A DNA stretch of 64,000 nt from Nitrospina sp. Its GTDB lineage: Bacteria > Nitrospinota > Nitrospinia > Nitrospinales > VA-1. Under the pieces are notes generated by a model, which ran no database searches, had not been told where the DNA came from, and was given only the letters and a program-made list of their open reading frames with translations. The stretch spans positions 4,481-68,480 of the forward strand of contig JABIYR010000087.1 of NCBI GenBank assembly GCA_018702695.1. Reading direction: 5' to 3'. This document shows positions 63,405 to 64,000 of this stretch, one piece after another. Both the position numbers and the translations under genes were made by a program. Numbering within the stretch: the stretch's first letter is position 1; every line of letters begins with the position of its first letter.

Positions 63405-63570
63405 GGTGACATTGTAACAATTTCAAAGGCGAGTGCCCAACAAAATCAAAAATATTGGGAATAGCTTCCGTCTTTAAATGCTCAGAACAATCGGTCTGCT
63501 GGGGGCCGATGCCAACCAAATTAGGTTTGAGAGTCCAAGAAACGGCGAGCCTTCAGGGTGATTAGAAAAC

Positions 63571-63619
63571 AAAAAAACCAACCCAAGATGTCATTAGAGA
63601 CTCTTGAGTTGGTTTTTTT
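63571..63619. terminator. Bidirectional intrinsic terminator
   Basis: A7 (63571-63577), stem CCAACCCAAGA (63578-63588) / TCTTGAGTTGG (63602-63612) with one mismatch, 13-nt loop, T7 (63613-63619). Confidence 0.75.
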
Positions 63620-63704
63620 GTTGCGACTTTGAAGTATTAGTTCGGGCTGGTCATTGGAGTTCAATGGGAACTCAATGCAAAAAATCCCTAAACTATTGAG
63701 CGAG

Positions 63705-63884
63705 TCAGGCTTGAGCCGACTTAAGATCTTTACCCATCATTTTATCTGCAGGTTTTGCCTTGCGACCCTTTTTGATATAGAGGGAGGGCGAATTAATTTG
63801 TTGATCTGATCTTTTGGTCAATGCTTTAACTGAAATCACCTTTTTTAAATTTCCTGAACTATCGTATACCTTTACTTCATGCAT
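63705..63884 (-). CDS. Small Lys-rich protein, 59 aa, absent from ORF track
   Basis: AGAAAGAGGAAAG SD 4-5 nt before the ATG. MHEVKVYDSSGNLKKVISVKALTKRSDQQINSPSLYIKKGRKAKPADKMMGKDLKSAQA. Followed by the 63571-63619 terminator. Confidence 0.55.
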   Translation of the reverse strand: MHEVKVYDSSGNLKKVISVKALTKRSDQQINSPSLYIKKGRKAKPADKMMGKDLKSAQA

Positions 63885-64000
63885 AGTCTTTCCTCTTTCT
63901 AATATGTCTTGTAGGCAATGGGTTAGTGATCAAAACTTGACCGGCGGAATATGAACTCTGCCGGGGAAAGACATTGGAGCTATTTTACTTCGCGATAACT

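Noticed and set aside
63478-63561. 27-aa + strand ORF (MLRTIGLLGADANQIRFESPRNGEPSG) between the radical SAM gene and the terminator, considered as a RiPP precursor.
   Set aside because: It has no SD, sits on the opposite strand to the maturase, and has no leader/core features or Cys/Ser/Thr-rich core.

Overview
The first about 26.5 kb is a contiguous, highly conserved bacterial core block on the + strand: rpoB (5'-truncated by the window edge), rpoC, the str operon (rpsL-rpsG-fusA-tuf), S10-spc-alpha ribosomal operons, secY, adk, infA, rpmJ, rpoA and rplQ. It lacks rpmD (L30) and map. The remaining about 37 kb is mostly housekeeping: a DnaE2-like polymerase, rho-rpmE, prfA-prmC-murA, a GT9 heptosyltransferase, a deacetylase-ClpC-Gx operon, queG, hemE-hemH, pcrA and hflX on converging strands, trmL and a COG0523 GTPase. 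Scattered among these are envelope and glycosylation genes (two GT-C/TPR membrane proteins, a GT2) and a few unknowns. I found no rRNA, tRNA, CRISPR array, transposase, integrase or obvious prophage or defence island. I cannot place the organism from sequence alone. It looks like a moderately AT-rich LPS-type Gram-negative. I did not find a convincing novel multi-gene system. The best candidates for a second look are: (1) a B12-type radical SAM enzyme with a RiPP-maturase-like CWWG..HCTFCGLN cluster motif, co-transcribed with a PNPOx-fold flavoprotein, with no recognisable precursor peptide; (2) two 59-aa genes missing from the ORF track (smallest listed ORF is 60 aa): a DUF5989-like membrane peptide and a Lys-rich peptide with its own SD and terminator; (3) an A9 homopolymer frameshift that truncates a secreted coiled-coil/TPR protein; (4) a solitary DnaE2-like polymerase with a 30-aa insertion in the PHP domain; (5) a 196-nt non-coding spacer inside the otherwise tightly packed spc operon. 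All family names rest on motif recognition from memory, not on searches.
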